DNA of 47,902 nucleotides from a virus (taxonomy: Duplodnaviria; Caudoviricetes). The notes below the pieces were generated by a model. That model worked only from the letters and a program-made list of their open reading frames with translations. It did not search any database and had not been told where the DNA came from. Both the position numbers and the translations under genes were made by a program. Of this stretch, positions 1-9,357 are shown one piece after another. Position 1 is the first letter of the stretch. Every line of letters starts with the position of its first letter. The stretch is taken from positions 1 to 47,902 of IMG/VR virus record IMGVR_UViG_3300020045_002682, one strand, 5' to 3'.

Positions 1-121
1 CCGCGCTGGAATGTCCGCATAGTGATCGTGTCAAGGTTATGCGCCACGATATAACCCGCGATATCCTCAATGACGGGCTGGTCCTCGGACAAGCCTAGAA
101 CGCCATTATAGAACGCCATAC
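1..121. repeat. Terminal direct repeat, left copy (circular-assembly overlap)
   Basis: 1-121 is identical to 47782-47902 and falls inside the primase CDS. Confidence 0.97.
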
Positions 122-2132
122 TATGCTTGATGACATATCCGTTCAGGAACCGCTCCACGCGCCGCGCTGTGTCTTCTGTAATGACCGCAGGCAACTCCTC
201 TGCGTTAGCATTCTCGATACAATGCCAGATTACGCACATGCGGGGAAACAGCCCCTCAAACTTGCCTAGGTGCGCAGCCATCTTTTTGTTGATGCGCTCC
301 ATGGCTGCAACCATTTCGTGGTACTCCGCATACATGGCTGTGCGGATATCCTGCGCGCCCTGATCGAACGTCAAGGGTAGGTCGCCCATGAAGTTTCGCG
401 GCGGGTTCATATGGTGCAGGCGTTCCACCAAGGCATCATACTCGGTAGACACATCCGGGAGTTCGTCATCGGTTCCTAACGTAGACGGCTGCAACACGCA
501 TGGAATGAAGCGCTGGATTAAACCATCATCGGTAGCGTCTGCCATGACACGGCGAATGGCGTCCGGCTGAATACCACCTAGAATGGCAATAGACAGATTA
601 TCGATAAGGATAGGCTTGCGTGATACACGGTTCACGGCATACTGCCCGCCCCCATAGGCCTGAAGCCAGAACGCACGGTCTTTTGCGGAGCCTTTTCCGC
701 CTGCATACTTCTCGATACCGCCGAACCAGCCTGAAAGCTCATCCTGCAAAGCCAGAATACCATCAGGGCTATGAACGCAAACCTCCTGCGCTGCCTCCAT
801 GGTGGTATCCTCGATACGCAAGCGGCGCGCCACAGGCATATCGCCGCCTTCGCCATTTTCCTTCCAGTCAAGGAAATCCTTATCGTATTGATAGAGAAGG
901 TCCGCGTCCAAGGCTTTAACCTTGTGTGATGCAGCGTTCATCATAGGTGATTTCTTGTAGCTGGGGTCGCCTACCAGCATAACCCATAGGCGCGCACTTT
1001 CGGTCCAGTTCTCGTTTCGCTTGACCTTCAGTTTGATCCGATCCGGAATCATGGCGCTGCATACCGCGATGGACGCCATGACAAGCCCGCCAGGATCGCA
1101 GCCGATGGCCTGCGCACGAATGCGCGCAAAACGCTCAAGGATGGGTGGGACGATGCCGGGCGGCAATGCAGGAGGCTCGTTTTTAGCCCAGACGTTGACA
1201 GGTTCGTCGCATTCATCCTCGGGGTTAGGCTCCACAGGCATAACCGCTGCAACGCCCCGCAGAACAGCACGCACGGCATCATGGCCTAGTGCCTGCGCCA
1301 TGTCGTTGAAGTCGTCGTGCGGGTCATCCGGGAGGAACACAGGGACGCCAAGTTCCTCGCCCAGCTTGAACATCTTGCCTGCCGCATTGCGATCAGCCGC
1401 GATAGCAACGTCAAGGCCATCCGCGTGAAGTTCGCGAACAAGGTCCATGACACCACTTGCCGAAAATGCCACGCTAACGCGCTCTGGGATACTTTCGTAA
1501 ATGGACGCGCCAGTAGCGAATCCTTCGCAAACGATTGTGCGCCCCAGGTTGATGCCGAAATTAAGACGGCCACCCTTCATCGTGCCACCCTTGGGGAACA
1601 TCTTTTTGTATTTTCCGGCATCATCCGGCTTGGGTGCAATAGTCTGCACGCACTGGATAGAGCCGTGCTTGTCATAGACCGGGACTAGCAGCCAGTTATT
1701 TTCGATCCGCGCCATATGAGGCTGGACGCCCTTGGCGGATAGGTAGCCATGGCTTTCGGGCGCAGGATGATCCTCTGCACTATGCCAGCGTTGATGGGAT
1801 TCCGCAAGTACACGCAGGCGCACGGCCTCCTGATCTTCTGAACGCTCGTTGATTACGCGCTGCGCCGCCTGCCCGCTTAGGGTAATATCCCCGCCTAGAC
1901 GTTCTATTGCCTCGGTCACAGTGCAGTTTTCAAACTCCTGCACAAAGTCCACGGCATCCCCATGCCAGCCGCAGGAAAAACAGTGAGCGTGATCGTCATA
2001 CACCACAAAGCTAGGCGACTTCTCGTTATGGAATGGGCATAAGCCTTTGTTTTTAGTTAGCTTCACCTTACTGCCGATAAGTGCTGGCAGGTTCACAGAT
2101 GCTTTTACGGCGTTCCAGTCGTGGCCCTTCAA
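1..2132 (-). CDS. DNA primase/helicase (CHC2 zinc finger + Toprim + DUF3987), 5' part; continues through the junction to 47565 (~782 aa)
   Basis: TTG start at 2132 with AAGGAG RBS (2141-2146); hand translation gives CPFHNEKSPSF...HCFSCG, IVCEGFATGASI, WVMLVGDPSYKKS; in frame with ORF 47565..47900; absent from the ORF track because it runs off the edge. Confidence 0.92.
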   Translation of the reverse strand, partial: MKGHDWNAVKASVNLPALIGSKVKLTKNKGLCPFHNEKSPSFVVYDDHAHCFSCGWHGDAVDFVQEFENCTVTEAIERLGGDITLSGQAAQRVINERSEDQEAVRLRVLAESHQRWHSAEDHPAPESHGYLSAKGVQPHMARIENNWLLVPVYDKHGSIQCVQTIAPKPDDAGKYKKMFPKGGTMKGGRLNFGINLGRTIVCEGFATGASIYESIPERVSVAFSASGVMDLVRELHADGLDVAIAADRNAAGKMFKLGEELGVPVFLPDDPHDDFNDMAQALGHDAVRAVLRGVAAVMPVEPNPEDECDEPVNVWAKNEPPALPPGIVPPILERFARIRAQAIGCDPGGLVMASIAVCSAMIPDRIKLKVKRNENWTESARLWVMLVGDPSYKKSPMMNAASHKVKALDADLLYQYDKDFLDWKENGEGGDMPVARRLRIEDTTMEAAQEVCVHSPDGILALQDELSGWFGGIEKYAGGKGSAKDRAFWLQAYGGGQYAVNRVSRKPILIDNLSIAILGGIQPDAIRRVMADATDDGLIQRFIPCVLQPSTLGTDDELPDVSTEYDALVERLHHMNPPRNFMGDLPLTFDQGAQDIRTAMYAEYHEMVAAMERINKKMAAHLGKFEGLFPRMCVIWHCIENANAEELPAVITEDTARRVERFLNGYVIKHSMAFYNGVLGLSEDQPVIEDIAGYIVAHNLDTITMRTFQR

Positions 2133-2163
2133 GGGGTGCGCTCCTTCTATGCGTGCCGAGCCC

Positions 2164-2236
2164 TATGGCCGATAAAGCTGCGCGTGGCAAGGGGTGAATT
2201 TTTGGGGTTGACGTGTGCCAAGCGATGTGGGAATGA
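2164..2236. promoter_or_regulatory. Divergent sigma70-like promoters (primase / recombination operon)
   Basis: Minus TTGCCA(2190-2185)-17-CATAGG; plus TTGACG(2208-2213)-17-GAATGA. Confidence 0.55.
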
Positions 2237-2257
2237 GGGAAGGAAGGAGAAGTGAAA

Positions 2258-2446
2258 ATGATTGAAGTCTACAGCGCAAAATGCATCATGAACGAAACAG
2301 GGGTTGACACCATGACGGTTAGCATGCGAGGCAGTGATATCCGGTTTATTATGCAAACAGATGGAGATAATGATATCAGCGTATGGCTGGACGATGAAAT
2401 GGCGCGCGAACTTGCTAATAAAATCCTTGAAGCTATTGGAAGCTAA
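2258..2446 (+). CDS. Hypothetical protein
   Basis: AAGGAG RBS 8 nt before ATG; first gene of the operon. Confidence 0.75.
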   Translation: MIEVYSAKCIMNETGVDTMTVSMRGSDIRFIMQTDGDNDISVWLDDEMARELANKILEAIGS

Positions 2447-2449
2447 ATT

Positions 2450-2788
2450 ATGGACTACCCAGAAGGCGTAATCATCGAATTTGACGACGACGAAACAGAG
2501 ACGTTTACAAAGGCCGAAATCATGGCTAGTGTTGACGTGGAGTGGCTGCGCGATAGCAACCGTGATGTTGGTGAAATCCTGGCAGAGATGCGTGTTAAGT
2601 CGCGCGTCCTGCGGGATAGCGGCATCGTCAACGGCAAGTTTGCATACAAGATGCAGGCTTATGCGATGGTAGAGCACTGGACGCGTAAGCGGCTTTATGA
2701 GATTGAGGGTTTGCCAAGCACGTATGGCCTGCCGGAACGTGTGGAGCGTTTGGAGAAATTGATGAAGGAGAAGGAAATTGCCGATTGA
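2450..2788 (+). CDS. Hypothetical protein
   Basis: 112-aa ORF tightly packed in the operon. Confidence 0.75.
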   Translation: MDYPEGVIIEFDDDETETFTKAEIMASVDVEWLRDSNRDVGEILAEMRVKSRVLRDSGIVNGKFAYKMQAYAMVEHWTRKRLYEIEGLPSTYGLPERVERLEKLMKEKEIAD

Positions 2789-2849
2789 CTGGACTAAGCC
2801 ACTTGAATTGATGGATGGTACGCCTGTGCGGCTAAATGAAAAAAGGTAG
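2778..2849 (+). pseudogene. 23-aa remnant MPIDWTKPLELMDGTPVRLNEKR of the IDWxKP module family
   Basis: AAGGAG/AAGGA RBS and TTG start; similar to the N-terminus of 35967..36284 and an internal segment of 43017..43511. Confidence 0.45.
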
Positions 2850-2859
2850 GAGTGAATAA

Positions 2860-3687
2860 ATGAGCATTCTAGCAAAAGCCGAAAAACCAAAGCCAAGCAC
2901 CAAGATCGTAACCCTGTGCGGCACTCCTGGATCAGGTAAAGACACAACCGCAGCATCGTGGCCGCAACCCTCGTTCATCATCAGGACGACTGGCGAGAAT
3001 ACCCCGGATGACGTGCCAGAGGAGTTTCGCCCTGTCAGCCTTGGTGTGACCGATAGCTACAAGAAACTTATCCAGCAGCTTACAGCACTTATCAATGATG
3101 AGCACGATTTCAAGACAGTGATTTTTAGCACCGTTACCGGCCTTGAAACCATGTTTGTAAATGAGGTTGTGGCGAACGACGCCAAGGCTAACAACATCCA
3201 GCAGGCAGCTGGCGGCTATGGTGCAGGGCGTGACACCGTAGCGGGGATGCACAACCGCGTTGGAAAGGCCGCCGAGGCGCTGAAATCCAAGGGCATCCAT
3301 GTCGTGTTTTTGGCCCATAGTGACATCATCACGGTTACGCCGCCCGACAGCGATAACTACACCTCGTGGTCTTTGCGTATGAACGCGAAGTCTATCACGC
3401 CTTATGTCGATAACGTGGATGTTGTCGGCTTCATCAAGCAGGAGATGGCCCTTATCGGGGATGACAAGAAGAAGCGGGCAATCACCAGCGGGGACCGCAT
3501 TCTTGTATGCACCATGACCCCTTCAGCGGTAGCCAAGAACCGTCTTGGCATTACCGAGGACATCCCCATCATTAAGGGTGTTAATCCACTTGGGCCTTGG
3601 CTTGGGCTTGCGCCTATACCTACGCCTGCACCTGAAAATGAGCCTGAAACCACTAACGCAGAAGAAGAAGATGAAGGCATGACTTGA
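2860..3687 (+). CDS. Sak4-like (AAA_24) ATPase / ssDNA annealing recombinase
   Basis: Walker A GTPGSGKD, GGYGAG, VVFLAHS, AKNRLG; next to SSB and exonuclease. Confidence 0.85.
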   Translation: MSILAKAEKPKPSTKIVTLCGTPGSGKDTTAASWPQPSFIIRTTGENTPDDVPEEFRPVSLGVTDSYKKLIQQLTALINDEHDFKTVIFSTVTGLETMFVNEVVANDAKANNIQQAAGGYGAGRDTVAGMHNRVGKAAEALKSKGIHVVFLAHSDIITVTPPDSDNYTSWSLRMNAKSITPYVDNVDVVGFIKQEMALIGDDKKKRAITSGDRILVCTMTPSAVAKNRLGITEDIPIIKGVNPLGPWLGLAPIPTPAPENEPETTNAEEEDEGMT

Positions 3688-3750
3688 ACGCAAATTGAAA
3701 GCATTTCGGGTGAAGTGCTTTGGCCTTCCGTTAACTAAAAAGGATATAGT

Positions 3751-4347
3751 ATGAGTTTCTGGACCACCAGCGATGGCGCAGCAGTAGACACCGCCAATAA
3801 GGAATACGAAACCGCAGGCGGCGGTGTGCTCATCCCGGACAACAGTAGCGTCTTGGCGTTTATCAAGGATGCCGGGATTAAGCAGGACGTCAATTTCAAT
3901 AGCTATTACTTCATTGACTGGACCGCGATGAAGCCGGAACCCGTGGAGGGCGCGTTCATCCGCCAGAAGCTGTGGCTTATCGACGATGACCCGCAGGCGA
4001 AAGACCCGAAGAAGAAGCGCGACAACGGCCTGCGTATGCTCGGCGCTATTGATGCTAACTGCGGCGGCAAGCTGGCAACCCTCAAGGCTGCGCCTACCGA
4101 TGAGCAAATGAAAATCGCGCTGGTCAATAAACAGCTTGTCATTCGTACTAAGGTGTGGGAAATGAATGGCAGTGAGGGCAACTGGGTGGCTGGGGTGTTC
4201 GCGAAGACTGCGCCGGTTGAACTAAAGGGAGAAGTTAAGGCTAAGGCCTCTGCGCCCGCAAAGACCGCTGAGAAGTCGGATGATGGATGGGGTGCAGCCG
4301 GGGGTGGTTTTGGCGATGACTTGGAGGACTCAATCCCTTTTGATTGA
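3751..4347 (+). CDS. ssDNA-binding protein (DUF669-like)
   Basis: Acidic tail DDLEDSIPFD; follows the Sak4-like gene. Confidence 0.8.
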   Translation: MSFWTTSDGAAVDTANKEYETAGGGVLIPDNSSVLAFIKDAGIKQDVNFNSYYFIDWTAMKPEPVEGAFIRQKLWLIDDDPQAKDPKKKRDNGLRMLGAIDANCGGKLATLKAAPTDEQMKIALVNKQLVIRTKVWEMNGSEGNWVAGVFAKTAPVELKGEVKAKASAPAKTAEKSDDGWGAAGGGFGDDLEDSIPFD

Positions 4348-4378
4348 TGGGTGTCAAGTCTAGAATGGATAATGCCAC

Positions 4379-4435
4379 TTGACACCCCTATGAACCTCCA
4401 TTAGATATGATACGTTATCTTTTCTAATGGAGGTT
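4379..4435 (+). promoter_or_regulatory. HNH promoter plus RBS-sequestering hairpin
   Basis: TTGACA(4379-4384)-17-TAGATA; perfect 13-bp inverted repeat AACCTCCATTAGA(4393-4405)/TCTAATGGAGGTT(4423-4435) covering GGAGG. Confidence 0.75.
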
Positions 4436-4437
4436 TT

Positions 4438-4890
4438 ATGGAAGATAATTGCCTGCCTGAAATTTGGTTGCCCGTTCCCTCTAAGCCTGGTCTTATTGCT
4501 AGTTCATGGGGAAGGATAAAAACTCCTGATAGTGAGGCTAGGATGCCTCATGGTGGAATGAGGAAGTATTGCCCGAAACCTACTTATGGGGTTAAGTGCA
4601 AATCTAGTAAGACGGCTAGGCATGAATATTTCGGGCTTTATAATAAATCTTATGGAAATATAAAAGTTCATCGTGCTGTTTGCGAGGCTTTTCATGGCTC
4701 TCCTCCAGAGGGGAAGCCTTACGTTCTACATTTAGATGAAAATGCCTTAAATAATAAGCCAGAAAATTTGCAGTGGGGTTCCCAAAAGGAAAACCTAAAT
4801 GCAAAAGGATTCATTGAATATTGCAAAGCTAGAACGGGCGATAACAGCCCTCGTATTAAAGGGGATAAGGCCAAAGCCCTTAACCCCTAA
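4438..4890 (+). CDS. Free-standing HNH homing endonuclease (NUMOD4-like N-terminus + HNH_3)
   Basis: EIWLPVP..ASSWGRIK; KVHRAVCEAFHG...VLHLDENALNNKPENLQWGSQKEN; AT-rich relative to flanks. Confidence 0.9.
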   Translation: MEDNCLPEIWLPVPSKPGLIASSWGRIKTPDSEARMPHGGMRKYCPKPTYGVKCKSSKTARHEYFGLYNKSYGNIKVHRAVCEAFHGSPPEGKPYVLHLDENALNNKPENLQWGSQKENLNAKGFIEYCKARTGDNSPRIKGDKAKALNP

Positions 4891-4944
4891 TCTTACCGGA
4901 CCCTGCTTAACGGCAGGGCGAGGCTAAGGTTAGGAGTGTGGAGA

Positions 4945-5226
4945 ATGGAACTACCAAAAGACTATAGGAAGCTAACGCAGCCGCAACGCCGAGAAGTCAG
5001 AGAAGAGTATGTGCGTAGGCAAAATGGGAATTGCCCGCATTGCGGGCGAAGCCTTAAAGGTGATCCAGCATCACACATCACAGCAAAGCGCCTTGATTTG
5101 CGTAGATTCCCCCCGAACTTCCTGAAATGGCCTGTTCACCTGCACCATAATCACAATACCGGAATGACGATTGCAGCCGTTCATGCATATTGTAATGGTG
5201 TGCTTTGGCAGTATCATGGAGAATAA
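4945..5226 (+). CDS. Endonuclease VII-like (His-Me finger) nuclease
   Basis: QNGNCPHCG...VHLHHNHNTGMTIAAVHAYCN; AGGAG 8 nt before ATG 4945. Confidence 0.7.
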   Translation: MELPKDYRKLTQPQRREVREEYVRRQNGNCPHCGRSLKGDPASHITAKRLDLRRFPPNFLKWPVHLHHNHNTGMTIAAVHAYCNGVLWQYHGE

Positions 5227-5229
5227 AGT

Positions 5230-6099
5230 ATGATAGAACAACGCACACCCGAATGGCACGAACAACGTAAAAACCGCGTAACCGGCAGCATCTGCGGAGC
5301 CATCCTCGGGTTGTCCCCCTACATGACCCGCGCAGACGCGATGCGTAGCATGGTGCGCGCCAGTCTAGGAGAGCCTTCTGAATTTTCCGGAAACGTGGCG
5401 ACGGATTGGGGAACCGCAAACGAACCCACGGCCATTACCGATTTTGAAATGGATACCGGAATTACGGTCGAGCCTGCGCCGTTCGTCATGTTTGAAGACT
5501 GGCTTGGAGCCAGCCCGGACGGATATACCAGTGACGGCGGGCTAATTGAGGTAAAAGCCCCTTACTCACTGCGCAAGGCATCACATCCCGTTCCATTCAA
5601 GAGCATCGACGATCAGGAGCACTACGCAGCACAAATCCAAGTACAGCTTTTTGTTACAGAACGCGATTTCTGCCATTTCTGGCAGTGGACGCCTGCGGAT
5701 ACCAGCCATGTTATTGTGCGCCGGGACGATGAATGGCTTGCGCAGAATATCTCACGCCTCAAGCAGTTCTACGCCGAATTCCTGGACGACCTAGCATACC
5801 CAGAGGAACACCTAGCCCCCAAGCGCGCCACAATCGACACCCCAGCAGCGGCCAGAGCCGTAGCAGAATGGGACACGCTATGCGAGCAAATCGACAACCT
5901 CACGGATCGCAAGAAGGATTTGCTTGCCGAGATGGTCGCCATGTCTGGTGATAAGAATGCCTTGCTTGCTGGGCGTAAGTTGACTAAGGTTGAGCGCGCT
6001 GGCGCTATCTCATACGCTAAAGCGATTGCCGAGTTAGCGTCGGAAGCGAATTTGGAAAAATGGCGCGGGAAAGCGTCGGCTAGTTGGAAGCTTACGTGA
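5230..6099 (+). CDS. YqaJ / lambda-exonuclease family recombination nuclease
   Basis: EQRTPEWHEQR..VTGS, WLGASPDG, LIEVKAP, YAAQIQVQL. Confidence 0.92.
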   Translation: MIEQRTPEWHEQRKNRVTGSICGAILGLSPYMTRADAMRSMVRASLGEPSEFSGNVATDWGTANEPTAITDFEMDTGITVEPAPFVMFEDWLGASPDGYTSDGGLIEVKAPYSLRKASHPVPFKSIDDQEHYAAQIQVQLFVTERDFCHFWQWTPADTSHVIVRRDDEWLAQNISRLKQFYAEFLDDLAYPEEHLAPKRATIDTPAAARAVAEWDTLCEQIDNLTDRKKDLLAEMVAMSGDKNALLAGRKLTKVERAGAISYAKAIAELASEANLEKWRGKASASWKLT

Positions 6100-6821
6100 T
6101 GAAACTAATGCATGGCGACTGCCTTGAATTGATGCTGGAACTGCCCGATGCCAGCGTGGACATGGTGCTGTGCGATCTGCCGTATGGGACGACCTCTTGC
6201 GCGTGGGATAGCGTAATCCCATTCGAACCGTTGTGGGCGCAGTATAAGCGGATAGCCAAGCCGAACGCAGCTATGGTTTTAACCGCCGCGCAGCCGTTCA
6301 CCACCGCATTGATCGCCAGCAACATGCGTGATTTCCGCTATTGCCTGGTATGGGACAAAGTTGGGACCACCGGGTTCCAGACCGCCAAGGTTATGCCCCT
6401 GCGCCGCCATGAAGATATTTGCGTATTCTATGGCGCAAAGCCGCCTTACAATCCGGCGATGGAGACGCGGGGAGCGCCCCGCAAAAAGGGCGGCAGTCAG
6501 ACGGATAATGGTTGCTATGGCGATCTGCGCAGCACGGAAAGTTTCAACAATTCCTATTATCCCACGTCGATAATCCAGGTTTCGAATGCTTCGAAACGCG
6601 GACTGGTCCATCCGACGCAAAAACCTGTCGCGCTAATGGAATACCTAATCCGCACCTACACGAACCCCGGCGACACCGTCCTCGATAACTGCATGGGCAG
6701 CGGAACCACCGGCGTGGCGTGCGTGAACACTGGCCGCGACTTCGTCGGGATTGAGCGTGACGATAAGTATTTCGAAATTGCGCGCGAGCGGATTCAGGGT
6801 GCTAAAGGAAAACTGCTATGA
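6099..6821 (+). CDS. DNA methyltransferase, N6_N4_Mtase (beta-class)
   Basis: GDCLE, CDLPYG, HPTQKPVAL, VLDNCMGSGTTG; TGATG coupling to the exonuclease. Confidence 0.92.
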   Translation: MKLMHGDCLELMLELPDASVDMVLCDLPYGTTSCAWDSVIPFEPLWAQYKRIAKPNAAMVLTAAQPFTTALIASNMRDFRYCLVWDKVGTTGFQTAKVMPLRRHEDICVFYGAKPPYNPAMETRGAPRKKGGSQTDNGCYGDLRSTESFNNSYYPTSIIQVSNASKRGLVHPTQKPVALMEYLIRTYTNPGDTVLDNCMGSGTTGVACVNTGRDFVGIERDDKYFEIARERIQGAKGKLL

Positions 6822-7516
6822 AATATATGGGATCGAAAGCGCGACACGCTAAGGAACTTCTGCCGATCATCCTTGCTAATCGCAAGTTTGGTCAGTGTTA
6901 TATTGAGCCGTTTGTAGGCGGCGCTAATATGATTGATAAGGTTGATGGGTTGAGGATTGGCTCTGATGCTCATCCGCACCTCATTGCCTTGTGGCGCGCT
7001 GTTTCTGACGGATGGGAGCCTCCTACAGAGGTTAGTGAGACTGAGTATGCCGAGGCGCGCAAGGCCAACCTAGTAGATGCCTTGACTGGGTTTATTGGGT
7101 TTGGGGCATCGTATTCTGGAAAGTGGTGGGGAGGTTACGCTCGCGGCGATAAACCTGACGGCACACCTAGAAACTATGCCGCCGAAAGTTGCCGCAACAT
7201 AATGAAACAAGCACCAAACCTTCGTGGCGTAGAGTTTCACAACTTGAAATACCAGGATTTGGAAATCCCCCCACAATCCATAATATACTGTGACCCGCCA
7301 TATGCAGGCACTACCGGCTATAAGACAGGTTCATTCGATCATGCCGAGTTCTGGCAGTGGTGCGATGCGCGTCACGATGAAGGTCATACTGTGTTCGTCA
7401 GTGAGTACACCGCGCCAGATCACTGGCAGTGCGTATGGCAGAAGGTTGTGAACAACACGCTTGTTCGTGACACCGGCTCCAAGACTGGTGTTGAGAAGCT
7501 GTTTACGCGGGCATAA
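6818..7516 (+). CDS. DNA adenine methyltransferase, Dam/D12-like
   Basis: MKYMGSK, YIEPFVGG, IYCDPPY, VFVSEY. Confidence 0.9.
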   Translation: MKYMGSKARHAKELLPIILANRKFGQCYIEPFVGGANMIDKVDGLRIGSDAHPHLIALWRAVSDGWEPPTEVSETEYAEARKANLVDALTGFIGFGASYSGKWWGGYARGDKPDGTPRNYAAESCRNIMKQAPNLRGVEFHNLKYQDLEIPPQSIIYCDPPYAGTTGYKTGSFDHAEFWQWCDARHDEGHTVFVSEYTAPDHWQCVWQKVVNNTLVRDTGSKTGVEKLFTRA

Positions 7517-7527
7517 AGGCATGAAAC

Positions 7528-9357
7528 ATGAAACTACGCCCGTACCAACAGCGATCTTGTGACGCCGCGATTGATGAAGTACGCACCAGCATAGAGCCAT
7601 GCCTGATCGAGGCGAGTCCTGCGGCAGGCAAGTCATTTATGATTGCCGATCTAGCGCGCAGGTTGCACGAAATGAGCGGAGGCAAGCGCGTTCTGGTCAT
7701 CGCGCCATCTGCTACACTGGTTAAGCAGGACTATGAAAAGTTCCTGCTAACCGGCATGAAAGCCTCGATCTTTTCCGCCAGTGCTGGCGCTAAGTCCACG
7801 CGCAACTTTGTAGTGTTCGCGACCCCGTTAACGGTGCGCAACGCTATCAGCCGGTTTAAGCGCCAGGGCCAGGATGGTTATTGCGCCGTGATCGTTGATG
7901 AGGCGCACGGCATAACACCTACCATTCGCGATATCATCGACCAGATGCGCGAGGCTAATCCTAACCTGCGCGTCATCGGGCTTACTGGCACACCCTACAT
8001 CTTGAATAAGGGCTACATCTATCGGATTGGCCCTGAAGGTACGACAAACGGCGACGATGTAACCCGTGATCCGTATTTCCTGCGCTGCGTCTATTGCGTC
8101 TCGGCGCAGGAGATGCTTGCGGATGGTTTTATCACGCCGATGCAGGTTGCACCTATCAATGTTAACCCTAATCCCGTCCTACTGCCTAACGGCTGCCCGC
8201 AGCCCGCAGGTGGGCCTGACAGGGCGCACATTGGATGGGGCGACAAGACGGCGCAAGTCGTTGCTGACACACTTGAACAGGCGCAGGATATATTCGGCGG
8301 GGTGATGTTTTTCGCGTCGTCTATTTCTCATGCAGAGGAAATTCTAGCCAGCCTCCCGATTGAAAAAAGCGGTATGGTTACGGGTGAAAAGTCATTCCTG
8401 CGTGGTAAGCCTGCCGAGCAAAGCAAGGTGCAGGATGCGTATCGCAATCTTGATATTCGCTATATCGTGTCGGTTGGCCAGCTAACCACGGGCTTCGATG
8501 TGTCCCATACGTCAGTTATCTCATTGCTCCGCGACACTGATTCCGCAGCCCTCTTGGAACAGATCCTAGGCCGTGCTTGGCGCTTGGATGACCGCAAGCC
8601 GCATTCGATATTCCTTGACTACGTGGGGGCTGCTGAGAAGCATTTCCCCGATGGGAATATCTACACACCACTCATCAAGGCTAAGACCGCTCCTGGCGCT
8701 GGCGTTGGCCGTGAGTTCCATTGCCCGGACTGCGCGTTCGTCAACACCTTTACGGTCAAGGAAGAATTTCAGGACTGGCCCTCGGTTGACGCTGCGGGGT
8801 ATTGCCTGGATTCGTTCGGTGAACAGGTTATGACGGAATACGGACCGGAGCCTATCCATTATGGACGGCGATGTTTTGGCATCATAGGTGGTATGGAGCG
8901 CGGATCATACGTGCGTTGCAACTATCGCTACACGTCAAAGGAATGTGGATCGTGCGGCGAGCCTAACGACATTAGTGCCCGGACTTGTTCCACATGCAAA
9001 TCAAGGCTGGTTGATCCGAACGAAAAAATCCTAATGGACTTCAGGGCCCATAAGAAAGACCCGTACCAGGTGCAGACCGATGAAGTCCTATCTATGGATA
9101 CCAAGGAGAACATTTCAGCGCGCGGCAACAGGACGTTGCGCGTTGACCTAAAGACACCGCATCGACAATTCAGTTTGTATTTCCTGCCCGACGCTAAGGG
9201 CGGCAAACCTCTTGAAGACTGGCGTAAATTCCAGCAAGCAAGGGAGTTCGGAAGTCCCGATACCATATCCTATGTGAAGGATAGGGATAGCGGTTTCTTC
9301 AGGGCACTCGCATACAACATGGAAGCCGATGCACCACCAGAGAAGGTAGCGGTATGA
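7528..9357 (+). CDS. SF2 DEAH helicase with C-terminal zinc ribbons (RadD/T1-like)
   Basis: LRPYQ, AAGKS, VDEAH, GLTGTP, LTTGFD, QILGRAWR, CxxC pairs. Confidence 0.92.
   Translation: MKLRPYQQRSCDAAIDEVRTSIEPCLIEASPAAGKSFMIADLARRLHEMSGGKRVLVIAPSATLVKQDYEKFLLTGMKASIFSASAGAKSTRNFVVFATPLTVRNAISRFKRQGQDGYCAVIVDEAHGITPTIRDIIDQMREANPNLRVIGLTGTPYILNKGYIYRIGPEGTTNGDDVTRDPYFLRCVYCVSAQEMLADGFITPMQVAPINVNPNPVLLPNGCPQPAGGPDRAHIGWGDKTAQVVADTLEQAQDIFGGVMFFASSISHAEEILASLPIEKSGMVTGEKSFLRGKPAEQSKVQDAYRNLDIRYIVSVGQLTTGFDVSHTSVISLLRDTDSAALLEQILGRAWRLDDRKPHSIFLDYVGAAEKHFPDGNIYTPLIKAKTAPGAGVGREFHCPDCAFVNTFTVKEEFQDWPSVDAAGYCLDSFGEQVMTEYGPEPIHYGRRCFGIIGGMERGSYVRCNYRYTSKECGSCGEPNDISARTCSTCKSRLVDPNEKILMDFRAHKKDPYQVQTDEVLSMDTKENISARGNRTLRVDLKTPHRQFSLYFLPDAKGGKPLEDWRKFQQAREFGSPDTISYVKDRDSGFFRALAYNMEADAPPEKVAV

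Noticed and set aside
1-121. 121-bp terminal repeat as a biological phage DTR
   Set aside because: It falls mid-gene in the primase and its length is typical of an assembler k-mer overlap, so it indicates circularity or permutation only
127-1688. Plus-strand ORFs in the first 1.7 kb
   Set aside because: Antisense shadows of the primase gene; no RBS or recognisable motifs
2147-2956. 269-aa minus-strand ORF
   Set aside because: Antisense to three well-formed plus-strand genes; composition not protein-like
4349-4935. Group I intron carrying the HNH gene
   Set aside because: The flanking genes are complete (ssb ends in its acidic tail; the downstream gene has its own start) and the non-coding flanks are too short for a catalytic core
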